From a virus: DNA of 39,909 bases. Every line of letters starts with the position of its first letter. Position 1 is the stretch's first letter. A model generated the notes under the pieces. That model was not told where the DNA came from. It did no database searches and saw nothing but the letters and a program-made list of their open reading frames with translations. This document shows positions 8,519 through 20,332 of this stretch, piece by piece. Both the position numbers and the translations under genes were made by a program. Location: UHGV virus genome UHGV-1354231. The stretch is one strand, 5' to 3'.

Positions 8519-11500
8519 ATGAGTGTGGCGACATTACGTGAACTGATTATTAAAATCTCGGCAAATTCCCGGTCATTCCAGTCAGAGATCTCCCGGGCTT
8601 CGCGTATGGGGCAGGATTACTACCGTACCATGCAGAACGGAGGCCGGCAGTCCGCTGCTGCATCCCGTGAAATGCGGCGTGCACTGGCAGAAGTGACGGA
8701 TCAGATAAATACAGCTAAATCTTCGGCACTGAATATGGCGGGGGCATTTGCCGGGGCTTTTGCTACCGGTCATCTTATTTCTTTCGCCGATGAGTGGAAT
8801 TCAGTAAATGCCCGTCTGAAGCAGGCCTCACAGTCCAGTGATGATTTTCAGGCATCACAGCGTGAATTAATGGCGATCAGCCAGAGAACGGGGACGGCGT
8901 TTTCTGATAACGCCAGCCTTTTTGCCCGTTCTGCAGCTTCCATGCGGGAGTATGGTTACAGTTCTGAGGAGGTACTGAAAGTCACCGAGGCGATCTCCAC
9001 GGGCCTGAAATTATCCGGTGCCAGTACAGCAGAAGCCAGTTCGGTGATCACGCAGTTCAGTCAGGCACTGGCGCAGGGAGTGCTGCGCGGTGAAGAGTTT
9101 AACTCGGTGAATGAGAACGGCGATCGTGTTATTCGTGCGCTGGCTGCGGGAGTGGGGGTTGCCCGTAAGGATCTGAAGGCCATGGCGGATAACGGAAAGT
9201 TGACCGCCGATAAGGTTGTTCCTGCACTGATTAGTCAGCTTGGGGCATTACGTGATGAATATGCGGCAATGCCTGATACGGTTTCATCCTCTGCAACCAA
9301 AGTTGAAAACGCCTTTATGGCCTGGGTTGGTGGTGCGAACGAGGCAAGCGGAGTGACGAAGACGCTCTCCGGTGTGCTGAATGGTATTGCAGGCAATATT
9401 GACACTGTGGCAACCGCTGCCGGTGCTCTGGTTGCCGTCGGGGTAGCCCGATATTTTGGCAATATGGCGTCTTCTGCTGGATCTGCAACTGCCGGATTAA
9501 TTACTGCAGCCAGAAACGAAGTGGCTCTTGCGGAAGCGCAGCTCCGGGGGACACAGATAGCAACAGCCAGGGCGCGTGCGGCGGTTTATCGTGCGCAACA
9601 GGCGGTTGTTGCTGCTCGCGGTACCGAAAGGCAGGCAGCCGCAGAAGCGAAACTGGCTGCTGCCCAGGCATCACTTACCCGTAATATTGCGGCCAGAACA
9701 GCAGCACAGACAACGCTGAATACTGTCACGTCAGTGGGAAGTCGTCTGTTAAGTGGAGCACTGGGACTGGTTGGTGGGGTGCCGGGGCTTGTCATGCTGG
9801 GGGCCGCGGCCTGGTACACGATGTATCAGAATCAGGAGCAGGCCAGAGAATCTGCACGCCAGTATGCCGCAAAAATCGACGAAATTCGCCAGAAAACGTC
9901 GGCAATGTCGCTTCCTGAAGCGTCAGATAATGAGGAAAAGACGCGGCAGGCACTTGATGAGCAAAACAGGTTAATTGACGAGCAGAAAAGTAAGATTAAA
10001 TCCTTACAGGAAAAAATTGCTGGCTATCAGTATGTGCTGGCAAACCCGGGCTGGACAACCGATAACGGTTTTATGATTAACCACATGACGTCGGTAAAAA
10101 CAGTCACAGAAGGGCTTGCAGAAGCAACAAATCAACTGGCAGTTGAACAGTCCCGTCTCACACAAATGCAGGGCAAAGCGCAATCCATTCAGGATGTGCT
10201 TGCCGGGCTGGAGGAGCGGCGGGTTGCGTTGATCCGTCAACAGGCGGCGGAACAAAACAAAGCGTATCAGTCCCTGTTGATCATGAATGGGCAGCATACC
10301 GAGTTTAATCGCCTTCTTGGGCTTGGTAATGAATTACTTCAGCAGCGACAGGGGCTGGTGAATGTACCGTTACGGCTACCACAGGCAACCCTGGATGATA
10401 AACAGCAGACCGCACTGAATAACAGCAAGCGCGAACTGGCTCTGTCCCGCCTTAAGGGGGAAGCGCGTGAGCGTGCCCGACTGGGCTATGCTGCGGATGA
10501 TCTCGGCTTTGTGGGAGAGGCGTATCAGACAGCCAGACAGAATTATATCAATAACTCACTGGATGCCTGGCGAAATAACCAGGCAAATAAACCCAAAGCG
10601 CATAAAAAGACCGAAGCGGAAAAAACAGAAGATATTTATAAACGGCTGATTAAACAGCAAAAAGAACAGATAGCACTGGCAGGGCAGAATACTGAACTGG
10701 CTAAGATGAAATATCAGGTCAGTCAGGGCGAATTATCAACCCTGTCAGAAGCGCAGAAAAAAACGCTTTTGCAGAATGCAGCACTCATCGACCAGAAAAA
10801 GATTCGTGAGCAGCTTGCTGCGTATGAAAGCAGCCTGGCGGACAGTAATGCCAGTACCCGGGCGTCTAACGACGCGCAGTTACTGGGATATGGTGAAGGC
10901 TCACGGATGCGTGAACGACTCCAGGAAATGTGGAGTATCCGGCATGAGTTTGAGCAGAAAAATAACGAGCTGCTGAGACAGTATCAGGCCGGAGAAATTG
11001 AAGAAGCCCTGTGGAAACAGGAGAAAGAACTGAATAAAAAATATCTGGAAGAGCGTCTCAGCGATCAGCAGGATTATTATGCAAAGGCCGATGCTTTACG
11101 TAATAACTGGAATGCAGGACTCCAGGAGGGGCTGACCAACTGGGCAGACAGTGCCACCGATTATGCTTCGCAGGCGGCAGATGCTGTCGTTTCCACTATG
11201 GACGGGCTGGTATCAAATATTTCCGATGCGCTGGCCGGAAATGTTGTGGACTGGAGAAACTGGGGGAGTTCAATTCTCCAGGAAGTTTCAAAAATTCTGA
11301 TGAATGCGGCCATTGTTAACGGACTGAAGTCACTCTCCGGTGCCGGAGGGTGGCTTGGTACGGTCGGCGGATGGATTTCGGGGGCGGTGGCAAACGCAAA
11401 AGGTGGTGTTTACACATCGGCAAATCTGAGTGCTTACAGTAACACTATTGTGGATACACCGACGTATTTTGCTTTTGCGAAAGGTGCCGGGCTGATGGGC

Positions 11501-11752
11501 GAGGCCGGGCCTGAAGCTATCATGCCACTGACACGGGCAGCGGACGGCTCTCTTGGGGTCAGAGCCATTGGCAATGTGAATAGTGGCGGGGGGGTTGTTT
11601 ATTCTCCCGTGTATCACATCAGCATTCAGAATCAAGGGAGCAATGGCGAGATAGATGCGCGCTCAGCCAGGGGACTGGTGGATCTGATCGACAGCAGGGT
11701 TGTGTCAATTATGCAGTCATCGCGTCGGGATGGAGGATTGTACAGTGCCTGA
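8519..11752 (+). CDS. Tail tape measure protein
   Basis: 1077-aa ORF, Ala/Gln-rich coiled-coil character, position after G/T. Confidence 0.9.
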   Translation: MSVATLRELIIKISANSRSFQSEISRASRMGQDYYRTMQNGGRQSAAASREMRRALAEVTDQINTAKSSALNMAGAFAGAFATGHLISFADEWNSVNARLKQASQSSDDFQASQRELMAISQRTGTAFSDNASLFARSAASMREYGYSSEEVLKVTEAISTGLKLSGASTAEASSVITQFSQALAQGVLRGEEFNSVNENGDRVIRALAAGVGVARKDLKAMADNGKLTADKVVPALISQLGALRDEYAAMPDTVSSSATKVENAFMAWVGGANEASGVTKTLSGVLNGIAGNIDTVATAAGALVAVGVARYFGNMASSAGSATAGLITAARNEVALAEAQLRGTQIATARARAAVYRAQQAVVAARGTERQAAAEAKLAAAQASLTRNIAARTAAQTTLNTVTSVGSRLLSGALGLVGGVPGLVMLGAAAWYTMYQNQEQARESARQYAAKIDEIRQKTSAMSLPEASDNEEKTRQALDEQNRLIDEQKSKIKSLQEKIAGYQYVLANPGWTTDNGFMINHMTSVKTVTEGLAEATNQLAVEQSRLTQMQGKAQSIQDVLAGLEERRVALIRQQAAEQNKAYQSLLIMNGQHTEFNRLLGLGNELLQQRQGLVNVPLRLPQATLDDKQQTALNNSKRELALSRLKGEARERARLGYAADDLGFVGEAYQTARQNYINNSLDAWRNNQANKPKAHKKTEAEKTEDIYKRLIKQQKEQIALAGQNTELAKMKYQVSQGELSTLSEAQKKTLLQNAALIDQKKIREQLAAYESSLADSNASTRASNDAQLLGYGEGSRMRERLQEMWSIRHEFEQKNNELLRQYQAGEIEEALWKQEKELNKKYLEERLSDQQDYYAKADALRNNWNAGLQEGLTNWADSATDYASQAADAVVSTMDGLVSNISDALAGNVVDWRNWGSSILQEVSKILMNAAIVNGLKSLSGAGGWLGTVGGWISGAVANAKGGVYTSANLSAYSNTIVDTPTYFAFAKGAGLMGEAGPEAIMPLTRAADGSLGVRAIGNVNSGGGVVYSPVYHISIQNQGSNGEIDARSARGLVDLIDSRVVSIMQSSRRDGGLYSA

Positions 11753-12086
11753 GCCTGAAGTTTTTAACTGGATCCCCCGTGAGGGGATGGAGACGACACG
11801 AAAGCCATCAGTTATTACGGTAAAGTTTGGTGACGGATATGAACAGAGACGGGCTGGTGGTCTGAATGCGGATCTGAAAACGTTTAAACCGGTATTTCGT
11901 GTCACAGATGAATATTCCCGTGCCGCGCTGGACAGTTTTTTATCCCGTCATGCCGGGATTCGTGCTTTTTTGTGGCGTCCGCCAAAACACAACAGGACTG
12001 TCCGGGTTGTCTGCAGGGAGTGGAGCATTTCGGATAATGCCATGTATACCGATTTTAACTGTACCTTTGAAGAGGTCACTCACTGA
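11745..12086 (+). CDS. Minor tail protein M
   Basis: GTG at 11745 with GGAGGA SD; sequence resembles lambda gpM as recalled. Confidence 0.8.
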   Translation: MPEPEVFNWIPREGMETTRKPSVITVKFGDGYEQRRAGGLNADLKTFKPVFRVTDEYSRAALDSFLSRHAGIRAFLWRPPKHNRTVRVVCREWSISDNAMYTDFNCTFEEVTH

Positions 12087-12784
12087 TGCAGGATATACAG
12101 CAGGAAACACTCAATGAGTGCACTAAAACGGAGCAATCCGCGCTGATCGTGCTCTGGGAAATTGATCTGACAGAGGTCGGCGGAGATCGTTATTTCTTCT
12201 GTAATGAGCAGAACGAAAAAGGTGAACCAGTCACCTGGCAGCGGCGGCAGTATCAGGCCTATCCCATTCAGGGAAGTGGATTTGAGATGAACGGCAAAGG
12301 AGCCAGTGCAAGGCCAACGCTTAAAGTCTCTAATCTGTACGGCATGGTCACCGGGATGGCGGAAGACCTGCAGAGTCTGGTCGGCGGAACGGTGGTCAGG
12401 CGTAAGGTTTACGCCCGTTTTCTGGATGCGGTGAACTTCGTCAACGGAAACAGTGACGCCGACCCGGAGCAGGAGGTGATCAGCCGCTGGCGCATCGAGC
12501 AGTGCAGCGAACTGAGTGCGGTCAGTGCTTCTTTTGTACTGTCCACGCCGACGGAAACGGATGGTGCGGTTTTTCCGGGGCGCATCATGCTGGCCAACAC
12601 CTGTACCTGGACCTATCGCGGTGATGAGTGCGGTTATAGCGGTCCGGCTGTCGCGGATGAATATGACCAGCCGACGTCCGATATCACGAAAGATAAATGC
12701 AGCAAATGCCTGAGTGGCTGTAAGTTTCGCAATAACGTCGGCAACTTTGGCGGCTACCTTTCCATCAACAAACTTTCGCAGTAA
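12086..12784 (+). CDS. L: Minor tail protein L
   Basis: 232-aa ORF, same length and position as lambda gpL; Cys-rich C-terminus. Confidence 0.85.
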   Translation: MQDIQQETLNECTKTEQSALIVLWEIDLTEVGGDRYFFCNEQNEKGEPVTWQRRQYQAYPIQGSGFEMNGKGASARPTLKVSNLYGMVTGMAEDLQSLVGGTVVRRKVYARFLDAVNFVNGNSDADPEQEVISRWRIEQCSELSAVSASFVLSTPTETDGAVFPGRIMLANTCTWTYRGDECGYSGPAVADEYDQPTSDITKDKCSKCLSGCKFRNNVGNFGGYLSINKLSQ

Positions 12785-12789
12785 ATCCC

Positions 12790-13533
12790 ATGACAGAGAC
12801 AGAATCAGCGATTCTGGCGCACGCCCGGCGATGTGCGCCAGCGGAGTCGTGCGGCTTCGTGGTGAGAACGCCGGAGGGGGAAAGATATTTCCCCTGCGTG
12901 AATATCTCCGGTGAGCCGGAAGATTATTTCTGGATGTCGCCGGAGGACTGGCTGCAGGCCAAAATGCAGGGTGAGATTGTGGCGCTGGTCCACAGTCACC
13001 CCGGTGGTCTGCCCTGGCTGAGTGAGGCTGACAGGCGGCTGCAGGTGCAGAGTGATTTGCCGTGGTGGCTGGTCTGCCGGGGGGCGATTCATAAGTTCCG
13101 CTGTGTGCCGCATCTTACCGGGCGGCGCTTTGAGCACGGGGTGACGGACTGTTACACGCTGTTCCGGGATGCTTATCATCTGGCGGGGATTGAGATGCCG
13201 GATTTTCATCGTGAGGATGACTGGTGGCGTCACGGTCAGAATCTCTATCTGGATAATCTGGAGGCCACAGGGCTGTATCAGGTGCCGTTGTCATCAGCAC
13301 AACCGGGCGATGTGCTGCTGTGCTGCTTTGGTTCATCGGTGCCGAATCATGCCGCCATTTACTGCGGCGACGGCGAGCTGCTGCACCATATTCCTGAACA
13401 ACTGAGCAAACGAGAGAGGTATACCGACAAATGGCAGCGACGCACACACTCCCTCTGGCGTCACCGGGCATGGCACGCATCTGCCTTTACGGGGATTTGC
13501 AACGATTTGGCCACCGCATCGACCTTCGTGTGA
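12790..13533 (+). CDS. Tail assembly protein K (JAB/MPN + NlpC/P60-type)
   Basis: HSHP metalloprotease-type motif plus Cys/His peptidase region; synteny. Confidence 0.85.
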   Translation: MTETESAILAHARRCAPAESCGFVVRTPEGERYFPCVNISGEPEDYFWMSPEDWLQAKMQGEIVALVHSHPGGLPWLSEADRRLQVQSDLPWWLVCRGAIHKFRCVPHLTGRRFEHGVTDCYTLFRDAYHLAGIEMPDFHREDDWWRHGQNLYLDNLEATGLYQVPLSSAQPGDVLLCCFGSSVPNHAAIYCGDGELLHHIPEQLSKRERYTDKWQRRTHSLWRHRAWHASAFTGICNDLATASTFV

Positions 13534-14078
13534 AAACGGGAGCCGAAGCTATCCGGGCGCTGGCCACGCAGCTCCCGGCGTTTCGTCAGAAACTGAATGA
13601 GGGCTGGTATCAGGTGCGCATTGCCGGGCGTGATGCAGGCGAAAACGAATTATCTGCCCGTCTTAATGAGCCGCTGGCAAATGGTGCCGTGATCCACATC
13701 GTGCCGCGTCTGGCGGGAGCTAAAAGTGGCGGTGTGTTTCAGGTGGTGCTGGGGGCGGCGCTGATTGCGGTGGCATGGTGGAACCCTGTGGGCTGGCTGG
13801 GTGCCGCGGCTGTATCGGGCATGTATGCGGCAGGGGCCAGTATGATCCTGGGTGGTGTGGCCCAGATGCTGGCACCGAAAGCCCGGACGCCCACAGCGAC
13901 CAGCACGGATAACGGTAAGCAGAACACCTATTTCTCATCACTGGATAACATGGTTGCCCAGGGCAATGTTCTGCCTGTTCTGTACGGTGAAATGCGCGTG
14001 GGGTCTCGTGTGGTTTCTCAGGAGATCAGCACGGCAGATGAAGGGGACGGTGGTCAGGTTGTGGTGATTGGCCGCTGA
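13431..14078 (+). CDS. I: Tail assembly protein I
   Basis: Translation closely matches lambda gpI as recalled (MAATHTLPLASPGMARICLYGDLQRF..., ...GDGGQVVVIGR). Confidence 0.9.
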   Translation: MAATHTLPLASPGMARICLYGDLQRFGHRIDLRVKTGAEAIRALATQLPAFRQKLNEGWYQVRIAGRDAGENELSARLNEPLANGAVIHIVPRLAGAKSGGVFQVVLGAALIAVAWWNPVGWLGAAAVSGMYAAGASMILGGVAQMLAPKARTPTATSTDNGKQNTYFSSLDNMVAQGNVLPVLYGEMRVGSRVVSQEISTADEGDGGQVVVIGR

Positions 14079-14098
14079 TGCAAAATATTTCATGTGAA

Positions 14099-14117
14099 AC
14101 CGCCTCCGGGCGGTTTT
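14099..14117 (+). terminator. Hairpin + short T-run after gene I
   Basis: ACCGCC-tccg-GGCGGT followed by TTTT. Confidence 0.5.
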
Positions 14118-14138
14118 GTCGTTTATGGAGCATGACGA

Positions 14139-17100
14139 ATGGGCAAAGGAAGCAGTAAGGGGCATACCCCGCGCGAAGCGAAGGACAACCTGAAATCCAC
14201 GCAATTACTGAGTGTGATCGATGCCATCAGCGAAGGGCCGATTGAAGGTCCGGTGGATGGATTAAAAAGCGTGCTGCTGAACAGTACACCGGTGCTGGAC
14301 AGTGAGGGGAATACCAACATCTCCGGTGTTACGGTGGTGTTCCGGGCAGGTGAGCAGGAGCAGACACCGCCGGAGGGGTTTGAATCCTCCGGATCCGAGA
14401 CGGTGCTGGGTACGGAAGTGAAATACGACACGCCGATCACCCGCACCATCACGTCGGCAAACATCGACCGTCTGCGCTTTACCTTCGGCGTGCAGGCACT
14501 GGTGGAAACCACCTCAAAGGGGGACAGGAATCCGTCGGAAGTCCGCCTGCTGGTTCAGATACAACGTAACGGTGGCTGGGTGACGGAAAAAGACATCACC
14601 ATTAAAGGCAAAACCACCTCACAGTATCTGGCCTCGGTGGTGGTGGGTAACCTGCCGCCGCGCCCGTTCAATATCCGGATGCGCAGGATGACGCCGGACA
14701 GCACCACAGACCAGCTGCAGAACAAAACGCTCTGGTCGTCATACACCGAAATCATCGATGTGAAACAGTGCTACCCGAACACGGCACTGGTCGGCGTACA
14801 GGTGGATTCGGAGCAGTTCGGCAGCCAGCAGGTGAGCCGTAATTATCATCTTCGCGGGCGCATTCTGCAGGTGCCGTCGAACTATAACCCGCAGACGCGG
14901 CAATACAGCGGTATCTGGGACGGAACGTTAAAACCGGCATACAGCAACAACATGGCCTGGTGTCTGTGGGATATGCTGACCCATCCGCGCTACGGCATGG
15001 GGAAACGTCTCGGTGCGGCGGATGTGGACAAATGGGCGCTGTATGTCATCGGCCAGAATTGCGACCAGTCGGTGCCGGATGGCTTTGGTGGCACGGAGCC
15101 GCGCATCACCTGTAATGCCTGGCTGACCACACAGCGCAAGGCGTGGGATGTGCTCAGTGATTTCTGCTCGGCGATGCGCTGTATGCCGGTATGGAACGGG
15201 CAGACGCTGACGTTCGTGCAGGACCGACCATCAGATAAGGTGTGGACCTATAACCGCAGTAATGTGGTGATGCCGGATGATGGCGCGCCGTTCCGCTACA
15301 GCTTCAGCGCCCTGAAGGACCGCCATAATGCCGTTGAGGTGAACTGGATTGACCCGAACAACGGCTGGGAGACGGCGACAGAGCTTGTTGAAGATACGCA
15401 GGCCATTGCCCGTTACGGTCGTAACGTCACGAAGATGGATGCCTTTGGCTGTACCAGCCGGGGGCAGGCGCACCGCGCCGGGCTGTGGCTGATTAAAACG
15501 GAACTGCTGGAAACGCAGACCGTGGACTTCAGCGTGGGTGCGGAAGGGCTTCGCCATGTACCGGGGGATGTCATTGAAATCTGTGATGATGACTATGCGG
15601 GTATCAGCATCGGCGGGCGCGTGCTGGCGGTGAACAGCCAGACCCGGACGCTGACGCTCGACCGTGAAATCACGCTGCCATCCTCCGGTACCACGCTGAT
15701 AAGTCTGGTTGACGGAAGTGGCAATCCGGTCAGCGTGGAGGTTCAGTCCGTCACCGACGGCGTGAAGGTAAAAGTGAGCCGTGTTCCTGACGGTGTTGCT
15801 GAATACAGCGTATGGGGGCTGAAGCTGCCGACGCTGCGCCAGCGCCTGTTCCGCTGCGTGAGTATCCGTGAGAACGACGACGGCACGTATGCCATCACCG
15901 CCGTGCAGCATGTGCCGGAAAAAGAGGCCATCGTGGATAACGGGGCGCACTTTGACGGCGACCAGAGCGGCACGGTGAATGGTGTCACGCCGCCTGCGGT
16001 GCAGCACCTGGCCGCAGAAGTCACTGCAGACAGCGGGGAATATCAGGTGCTGGCGCGATGGGACACACCGAAGGTGGTGAAGGGCGTGAGCTTCCTGCTC
16101 CGTCTGACCGTAACAGCGGACGACGGCAGTGAGCGGCTGGTCAGCACGGCCCGGACGACGGAAACCACATACCGCTTCAGGCAACTGGCGCTGGGGCGTT
16201 ACACGCTGACGGTCCGGGCGGTAAATGCGTGGGGGCAGCAGGGCGATCCGGCATCGGTATCGTTCCGGATTGCGGCACCGGCAGCGCCTGTCACTATTGA
16301 ACTGATACCAGGGTATTTTCAGATAACAGCGGTCCCGAAACTGGCTGTATATGACCCGACGGTGCAGTTTGAGTTCTGGTTCTCGGAAAAGCGGATTATC
16401 GATATCAGGCAGGTTGAAACCAGCGCGCGTTATCTTGGTACGGCGCTGTACTGGATAGCCGCCAGTAGCAATATTAAGCCGGGTTATGATTATTACTTTT
16501 ATATCCGCAGCGTGAACACCGTTGGTAAATCGGCATTTGTGGAGGCCGTTGGTCGGGCGAGCGATGATGCGGAAGGTTATCTGAATTTTTATAAAGGGTT
16601 GATCAATAAAACGCATCTCGGCAAGGAACTGCTGGAAAACTTTGAGCTGACGGAAGATAACGCCAGCAAACTGGAGGAGTTTTCGAAAGAGTGGAAGGAC
16701 GCCAACGATAAATGGAATGCCATGTGGGGCGTCAAAATTGAGCAGACCAAAGACGGCAAACATTATGTCGCGGGGCTTGGCCTCAGCATGGAGGATACGG
16801 AGGAAGGCAAACTGAGCCAGTTCCTGGTTGCCGCTAACCGTATCGCGTTTATTGACCCGGCAAACGGGAATGAAACGCCGATGTTTGTGGCGCAGGGCAA
16901 CCAGATATTCATGAACGACGTGTTCCTGAAGCGCCTGACGGCCCCCACCATTACCAGCGGCGGTAATCCTCCGGCATTTTCCCTGACACCGGACGGGCGG
17001 CTGACGGCGAAAAATGCCGATATCAGCGGTAACGTGAATGCGAACTCCGGGACGCTCAACAACGTCACGATTAACGAGAACTGCCGGGTTCTGGGAAAAC

Positions 17101-17534
17101 TGTCCGCGAACCAGATTGAAGGCGATCTCGTTAAAACAGTGGGCAAAGCTTTCCCCCGTGACTCCCGGGCACCGGAGCGGTGGCCATCAGGAACCATTAC
17201 CGTCAGGGTTTATGACGATCAGCCGTTTGACCGGCAGATTGTTATTCCGGCGGTGGCATTCAGCGGCGCTAAACATGAGAAAGAGCATACTGATATTTAC
17301 TCCTCATGCCGTCTGATAGTGCGGAAAAACGGTGCTGAAATTTATAACCGTACCGCGCTGGATAATACGCTGATTTACAGTGGTGTTATTGATATGCCTG
17401 CCGGTCACGGTCACATGACACTGGAGTTTTCGGTGTCAGCATGGCTGGTAAATGGCTGGTATCCCACAGCAAGTATCAGCGATTTGCTGGTTGTGGTGAT
17501 GAAGAAAGCCACTGCAGGCATCACGATTAGCTGA
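14139..17534 (+). CDS. J: Tail tip / host specificity protein J
   Basis: 1131-aa ORF; size and position match lambda gpJ. Confidence 0.9.
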   Translation: MGKGSSKGHTPREAKDNLKSTQLLSVIDAISEGPIEGPVDGLKSVLLNSTPVLDSEGNTNISGVTVVFRAGEQEQTPPEGFESSGSETVLGTEVKYDTPITRTITSANIDRLRFTFGVQALVETTSKGDRNPSEVRLLVQIQRNGGWVTEKDITIKGKTTSQYLASVVVGNLPPRPFNIRMRRMTPDSTTDQLQNKTLWSSYTEIIDVKQCYPNTALVGVQVDSEQFGSQQVSRNYHLRGRILQVPSNYNPQTRQYSGIWDGTLKPAYSNNMAWCLWDMLTHPRYGMGKRLGAADVDKWALYVIGQNCDQSVPDGFGGTEPRITCNAWLTTQRKAWDVLSDFCSAMRCMPVWNGQTLTFVQDRPSDKVWTYNRSNVVMPDDGAPFRYSFSALKDRHNAVEVNWIDPNNGWETATELVEDTQAIARYGRNVTKMDAFGCTSRGQAHRAGLWLIKTELLETQTVDFSVGAEGLRHVPGDVIEICDDDYAGISIGGRVLAVNSQTRTLTLDREITLPSSGTTLISLVDGSGNPVSVEVQSVTDGVKVKVSRVPDGVAEYSVWGLKLPTLRQRLFRCVSIRENDDGTYAITAVQHVPEKEAIVDNGAHFDGDQSGTVNGVTPPAVQHLAAEVTADSGEYQVLARWDTPKVVKGVSFLLRLTVTADDGSERLVSTARTTETTYRFRQLALGRYTLTVRAVNAWGQQGDPASVSFRIAAPAAPVTIELIPGYFQITAVPKLAVYDPTVQFEFWFSEKRIIDIRQVETSARYLGTALYWIAASSNIKPGYDYYFYIRSVNTVGKSAFVEAVGRASDDAEGYLNFYKGLINKTHLGKELLENFELTEDNASKLEEFSKEWKDANDKWNAMWGVKIEQTKDGKHYVAGLGLSMEDTEEGKLSQFLVAANRIAFIDPANGNETPMFVAQGNQIFMNDVFLKRLTAPTITSGGNPPAFSLTPDGRLTAKNADISGNVNANSGTLNNVTINENCRVLGKLSANQIEGDLVKTVGKAFPRDSRAPERWPSGTITVRVYDDQPFDRQIVIPAVAFSGAKHEKEHTDIYSSCRLIVRKNGAEIYNRTALDNTLIYSGVIDMPAGHGHMTLEFSVSAWLVNGWYPTASISDLLVVVMKKATAGITIS

Positions 17535-17553
17535 ATTTTATAACCCAGATACG

Positions 17554-17578
17554 GGCGCCAGAAATGGCGCCTTTTTTA
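17554..17578 (+). terminator. Rho-independent terminator after J
   Basis: GGCGCC-agaaat-GGCGCC followed by a 6-T run. Confidence 0.65.
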
Positions 17579-17601
17579 TTGCAGAAAAGCGAGAGGTAAT
17601 T

Positions 17602-18201
17602 ATGCGTAAATTATGTGCTGTTATTTTGTCCGCAGTAGTCTGGCAGGTCGCCGCTGCTACGCCAGCGAGTGCAGCAGAACATCAGTCCACGCTGAGCGCG
17701 GGGTATCTCCATGCCTCGACGAACGTTCCCGGTAGTGATGATCTGAACGGGATTAACGTGAAATACCGTTATGAGTTTACGGACGCGCTGGGGCTGATTA
17801 CGTCCTTCAGTTATGCCAATGCTGAGGATGAGCAAAAAACGCACTACAGCGATACCCGCTGGCATGAAGATTCCGTGCGTAACCGCTGGTTCAGCGTGAT
17901 GGCGGGGCCGTCTGTACGCGTGAATGAATGGTTCAGCGCGTATGCGATGGTGGGTGTGGCTTACAGCCGTGTGTCGACTTTCTCCGGGGATTATCTCCGC
18001 GTAACTGACAACAAGGGGAAAACGCACGATGTGCTGACCGGAAGTGATGACGGTCGCCACAGCAACACGTCTCTGGCGTGGGGGGCTGGCGTGCAGTTTA
18101 ACCCGACCGAATCCGTGGCCATTGATATTGCTTATGAAGGCTCCGGTAGTGGTGACTGGCGCACTGACGGTTTCATCGTGGGTGTCGGTTATAAGTTCTG
18201 A
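17602..18201 (+). CDS. lom: Outer membrane protein, Ail/Lom family
   Basis: 199-aa ORF with N-terminal signal peptide, beta-barrel-like alternation, C-terminal aromatic residue; position between J and stf. Confidence 0.85.
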   Translation: MRKLCAVILSAVVWQVAAATPASAAEHQSTLSAGYLHASTNVPGSDDLNGINVKYRYEFTDALGLITSFSYANAEDEQKTHYSDTRWHEDSVRNRWFSVMAGPSVRVNEWFSAYAMVGVAYSRVSTFSGDYLRVTDNKGKTHDVLTGSDDGRHSNTSLAWGAGVQFNPTESVAIDIAYEGSGSGDWRTDGFIVGVGYKF

Positions 18202-18227
18202 TTAGCCAGGTAACACAGTGTTATGAC

Positions 18228-18255
18228 AGCCCGCCGGTTCAGGCGGGCTTTTTTG
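18228..18255 (+). terminator. Rho-independent terminator after lom
   Basis: AGCCCGCC-ggttca-GGCGGGCT followed by a T-run. Confidence 0.65.
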
Positions 18256-18259
18256 TGGA

Positions 18260-20332
18260 GTGGATATGGCAGCAGTAAAAATCTCAGGTGTGCTGAAAGA
18301 TGGTGCGGGAAAACCAATACAGAACTGCACTATTCAACTGAAGGCAAAGCGTAACAGCACCACGGTACTGGTGAACACGGTGGCCTCTGAAAATCCGGAT
18401 GAAGCCGGGCGTTACAGCATGGATGTTGAGTATGGCCAGTACAGCGTCACCCTGCTGGTTGAAGGTTTTCCACCTTCACATGCCGGGACCATTACCGTCT
18501 ATGAAGGTTCCAGACCAGGTACGCTGAATGATTTTCTCGGTGCCATGACGGAGGATGATGTTCGTCCGGAGGCACTGCGCCGTTTTGAGCTGATGGTGAA
18601 TGAAGTGGCACGTCATGCCGGAGCGTCATCACAGAGTGCAGCGGCGGCAAAGAAATCCGAAACGGCAGCGACATCATCGAAGAACGCGGCGAAAACCTCA
18701 GAAACGAATGCAGCTAACAGCGCACAGGCGGCAGCGGCCTCGCAGACTGCATCGGCAAACTCCGCGACAGCAGCCAAAAAATCAGAAACCAGCGCGAAAA
18801 ATAGCGAGACAGCCACAAAGGCCAGCGAAAAAAACGCAAAATCCAGCCAGACGGCAGCGAAAACCAGTGAGACGAATGCCAAAGACAGTGAAGCCAACGC
18901 AAAGGTGAGCGAAACAGCGGCGGCGAACTCGGCGAAAGCATCGGCAGCAAGCCAGACGGCAGCAAAAGCAAGTGAAGATGCTGCCAGAGAATACGCAAAC
19001 CAGACAGCAGAGCCGTACAGATATGTTTTACAGCCGCTGCCGGATGTGTGGATACCCTTTAATGATTCGCTGGATATGATTACGGGCTATTCTCCGGGTT
19101 ATAAAAAAGTGAAGATTGGTGATAATGTGGTTCAGGTTGCCAGTGATAAACAGGTTAATTTCAGTCGCGCATCAACGGCAACATATATCAACAAATCTGG
19201 CGAACTGAAAACGGCGGAAATTAATGAGCCACGATTTGAGTGTGATGGCCTGCTTATTGAGGGGCAAAGAACGAACTTCTTCCAGAACAGTACAGACCCT
19301 TCGAAGTGGAATAAGTCAACTTCACTGGACGTTACAGAAACAGGCACAGATAGTTTCGGGTTTAATTATGGCCGGTTTGTCGTACAGGATTCGATTGTTG
19401 GTACAAGTAAAGCGCATACCATTATCGGGCTGTATTCGAGTACCGGAGGGGTTGATACTTCAGGGGACGAAAAGCATGTAACTATATCCTGTCGGGTAAA
19501 AAGTGAAGTTGATAATATCGCCGTTCGTATTTTATTTGAACATTATGATGGGGAGGTAAGGACATCAATAGGAGCAGCAAACCTGAACCTTACCACCCGC
19601 ATAATTAGCAAGACAGGTCAGACAAGCCGTGTTACAGCAAGGTCTGTTAAGGATGATGCAACTGGCTGGATATTTTTTGAGGCTACATTAAAAGCAGATA
19701 CAACAGAAAATACGGTTGGTGGTTTTGTCCAGTATTCTCCGGATACAGGGCAGATGGTTGCATCAGGGGATTATCTCGATGTAACCACTCCACAGATTGA
19801 GGCTGGTACAGGCGCATCATCTTTTATTGTTACGGGGACGGCACCGGTAACGCGGGCAAGCGATATGGTTACAGTTCCGATTAAGAATAATCTTTATAAT
19901 CTTCCTTTTACGGTTCTTTGTGAGGTACATAAGAACTGGTATAAAACGCCAAATGCAGCACCGCGTGTTTTTGACACATACCGGCATCAGGCAGATGCGG
20001 GGATCGTAATGGGGTTTGGTTCATCAGGTGGGTACGACGGTTTTCCGTATTGCGATATAGGTGGTTCAGACCGACGAATAAATGAAAATGCCGGGCTGGA
20101 AAAAATGCTTATTGGTATGCGGGTAAAGTCCGAACGGTCCACATGTGTAGTCAGTAACGGTAAGTTAAGCAGCGAAACTAAAACCAAATGGGAATATATC
20201 CGGAGTACAGCAACCATTCGCATTGGTGGACAAACTACAGCAGGATTACGCCATTTATTTGGGCATGTGAGGAATTTTCGTCTCTGGCATAAAGAGCTAA
20301 CAGATGCGCAGCTTGGGGAGGTTGTGGAGTGA
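18260..20332 (+). CDS. stf: Side tail fiber protein (lambda Stf-like N-terminus, divergent C-terminal domain)
   Basis: N-terminus MAAVKISGVLKDG...GFPPSHAGTITVYEG resembles lambda Stf as recalled; Ala/Ser/Thr-rich repeat region; 690 aa. Confidence 0.8.
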   Translation: MDMAAVKISGVLKDGAGKPIQNCTIQLKAKRNSTTVLVNTVASENPDEAGRYSMDVEYGQYSVTLLVEGFPPSHAGTITVYEGSRPGTLNDFLGAMTEDDVRPEALRRFELMVNEVARHAGASSQSAAAAKKSETAATSSKNAAKTSETNAANSAQAAAASQTASANSATAAKKSETSAKNSETATKASEKNAKSSQTAAKTSETNAKDSEANAKVSETAAANSAKASAASQTAAKASEDAAREYANQTAEPYRYVLQPLPDVWIPFNDSLDMITGYSPGYKKVKIGDNVVQVASDKQVNFSRASTATYINKSGELKTAEINEPRFECDGLLIEGQRTNFFQNSTDPSKWNKSTSLDVTETGTDSFGFNYGRFVVQDSIVGTSKAHTIIGLYSSTGGVDTSGDEKHVTISCRVKSEVDNIAVRILFEHYDGEVRTSIGAANLNLTTRIISKTGQTSRVTARSVKDDATGWIFFEATLKADTTENTVGGFVQYSPDTGQMVASGDYLDVTTPQIEAGTGASSFIVTGTAPVTRASDMVTVPIKNNLYNLPFTVLCEVHKNWYKTPNAAPRVFDTYRHQADAGIVMGFGSSGGYDGFPYCDIGGSDRRINENAGLEKMLIGMRVKSERSTCVVSNGKLSSETKTKWEYIRSTATIRIGGQTTAGLRHLFGHVRNFRLWHKELTDAQLGEVVE

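Noticed and set aside
15231-16763. 510-aa ORF on the minus strand inside the J gene
   Set aside because: Antisense to a well-supported 1131-aa tail tip gene; Arg/Pro/His-rich low-complexity translation typical of a spurious ORF opposite a GC-rich gene.
18600-18998. Several overlapping ORFs on both strands in the tail fiber repeat region
   Set aside because: They arise from the repetitive Ala/Ser/Thr/Lys-coding sequence of stf; translations are Arg/Pro/Gln homopolymer-like.
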